Shown: piece by piece, positions 31,753 through 32,000 of the stretch | Layout: each line of letters opens with the position of its first letter | Position numbering within the stretch: the stretch's first letter is position 1 | Source: Corynebacterium glutamicum ATCC 13032 | Lineage (GTDB): Bacteria > Actinomycetota > Actinomycetes > Mycobacteriales > Mycobacteriaceae | NCBI RefSeq assembly: GCF_000011325.1 | Contig: NC_003450.3 | Span: 840,001 to 872,000 of the forward strand | Direction of reading: 5' to 3' | DNA: 32,000 bases | Notes under the pieces: generated by a model | Databases searched by the model: none | Told to the model about the DNA's origin: nothing | What the model saw: the letters and a program-made list of their open reading frames with translations, nothing else | Program-made: the position numbers and the translations under genes

Positions 31753-32000
31753 ATGACGTCAGGGAAATCAACGAGTACTAGGGGAGCCCTAGACCGGTAT
31801 TTCAAAATCTCGGAGCGAGGATCAAGCATTGGCACGGAAATCCGTGCAGGTGTGGTCACATTCTTCGCGATGGCCTACATCATCATCCTCAACCCCTTGA
31901 TCCTTGGCACCACCCCTGACGTAGAGGGCAACACCCTAGGCATCGCACAGGTTGCAGCGGCAACAGCGCTTGCCGCTGGTGTCATGACCATCGCGTTTGG
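31753..32000 (+). CDS. NCS2/AzgA-family purine (adenine/guanine/hypoxanthine) permease, 5' partial
   Basis: Not in the ORF track because it runs off the window. My translation from ATG 31753 is MTSGKSTSTRGALDRYFKISERGSSIGTEIRAGVVTFFAMAYIIILNPLILG..., the typical AzgA-type N-terminus. Confidence 0.7.
   Translation, partial: MTSGKSTSTRGALDRYFKISERGSSIGTEIRAGVVTFFAMAYIIILNPLILGTTPDVEGNTLGIAQVAAATALAAGVMTIAF

Overview
This window looks like high-GC actinobacterial core chromosome. From the 16S sequence, the tmRNA tag and the gene order I recognise it as Corynebacterium, most likely C. glutamicum or a close relative; that is recognition, not a computed search.

Layout, left to right:
- 1-1513: an AT-rich, ORF-poor stretch with one orphan ORF.
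- 1514-6985: hisN and an IMPase paralog on the minus strand, then prfB, ftsE, ftsX, smpB and a DUF488 gene on the plus strand.
- 7074-8425: tmRNA (ssrA), a decayed IS5-family transposase, and an initiator tRNA-Met.
- 8496-15479: an iron-siderophore uptake locus. It has a siderophore-interacting reductase, two lipoprotein binding proteins, two FecCD permeases, one ATPase and three DtxR-like operators, and a VKOR-family gene sits inside it.
- 16117-21343: a complete 16S-23S-5S rRNA operon with no spacer tRNA and tandem terminators.
- 21592-27317: a class I aminotransferase, a small membrane protein, and an XPB/ERCC3-type helicase operon with a large partner protein.
- 27383-32000: a small acidic protein, rpf1 behind a ydaO-type (c-di-AMP) riboswitch, a long-form cold-shock protein, a membrane-anchored hypothetical, a glutaminyl cyclase lipoprotein, a class IV aminotransferase-fold protein, and the 5' end of an NCS2/AzgA purine permease that the ORF track misses.

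I found no CRISPR array, intact mobile element or obvious defence island.

The least-described candidate system is the XPB helicase plus its 733-aa partner. The partner visibly carries a copy of the XPB N-terminal domain and a WYL-like C-terminal tail. Other points worth a second look are the riboswitch leader of rpf1, a terminator-bracketed possible sRNA, the decayed element between ssrA and tRNA-fMet, and a DtxR box placed just upstream of a terminator-like hairpin.

CDS coordinates include the stop codon. RNA ends are estimated by eye to about +/-5-10 nt.
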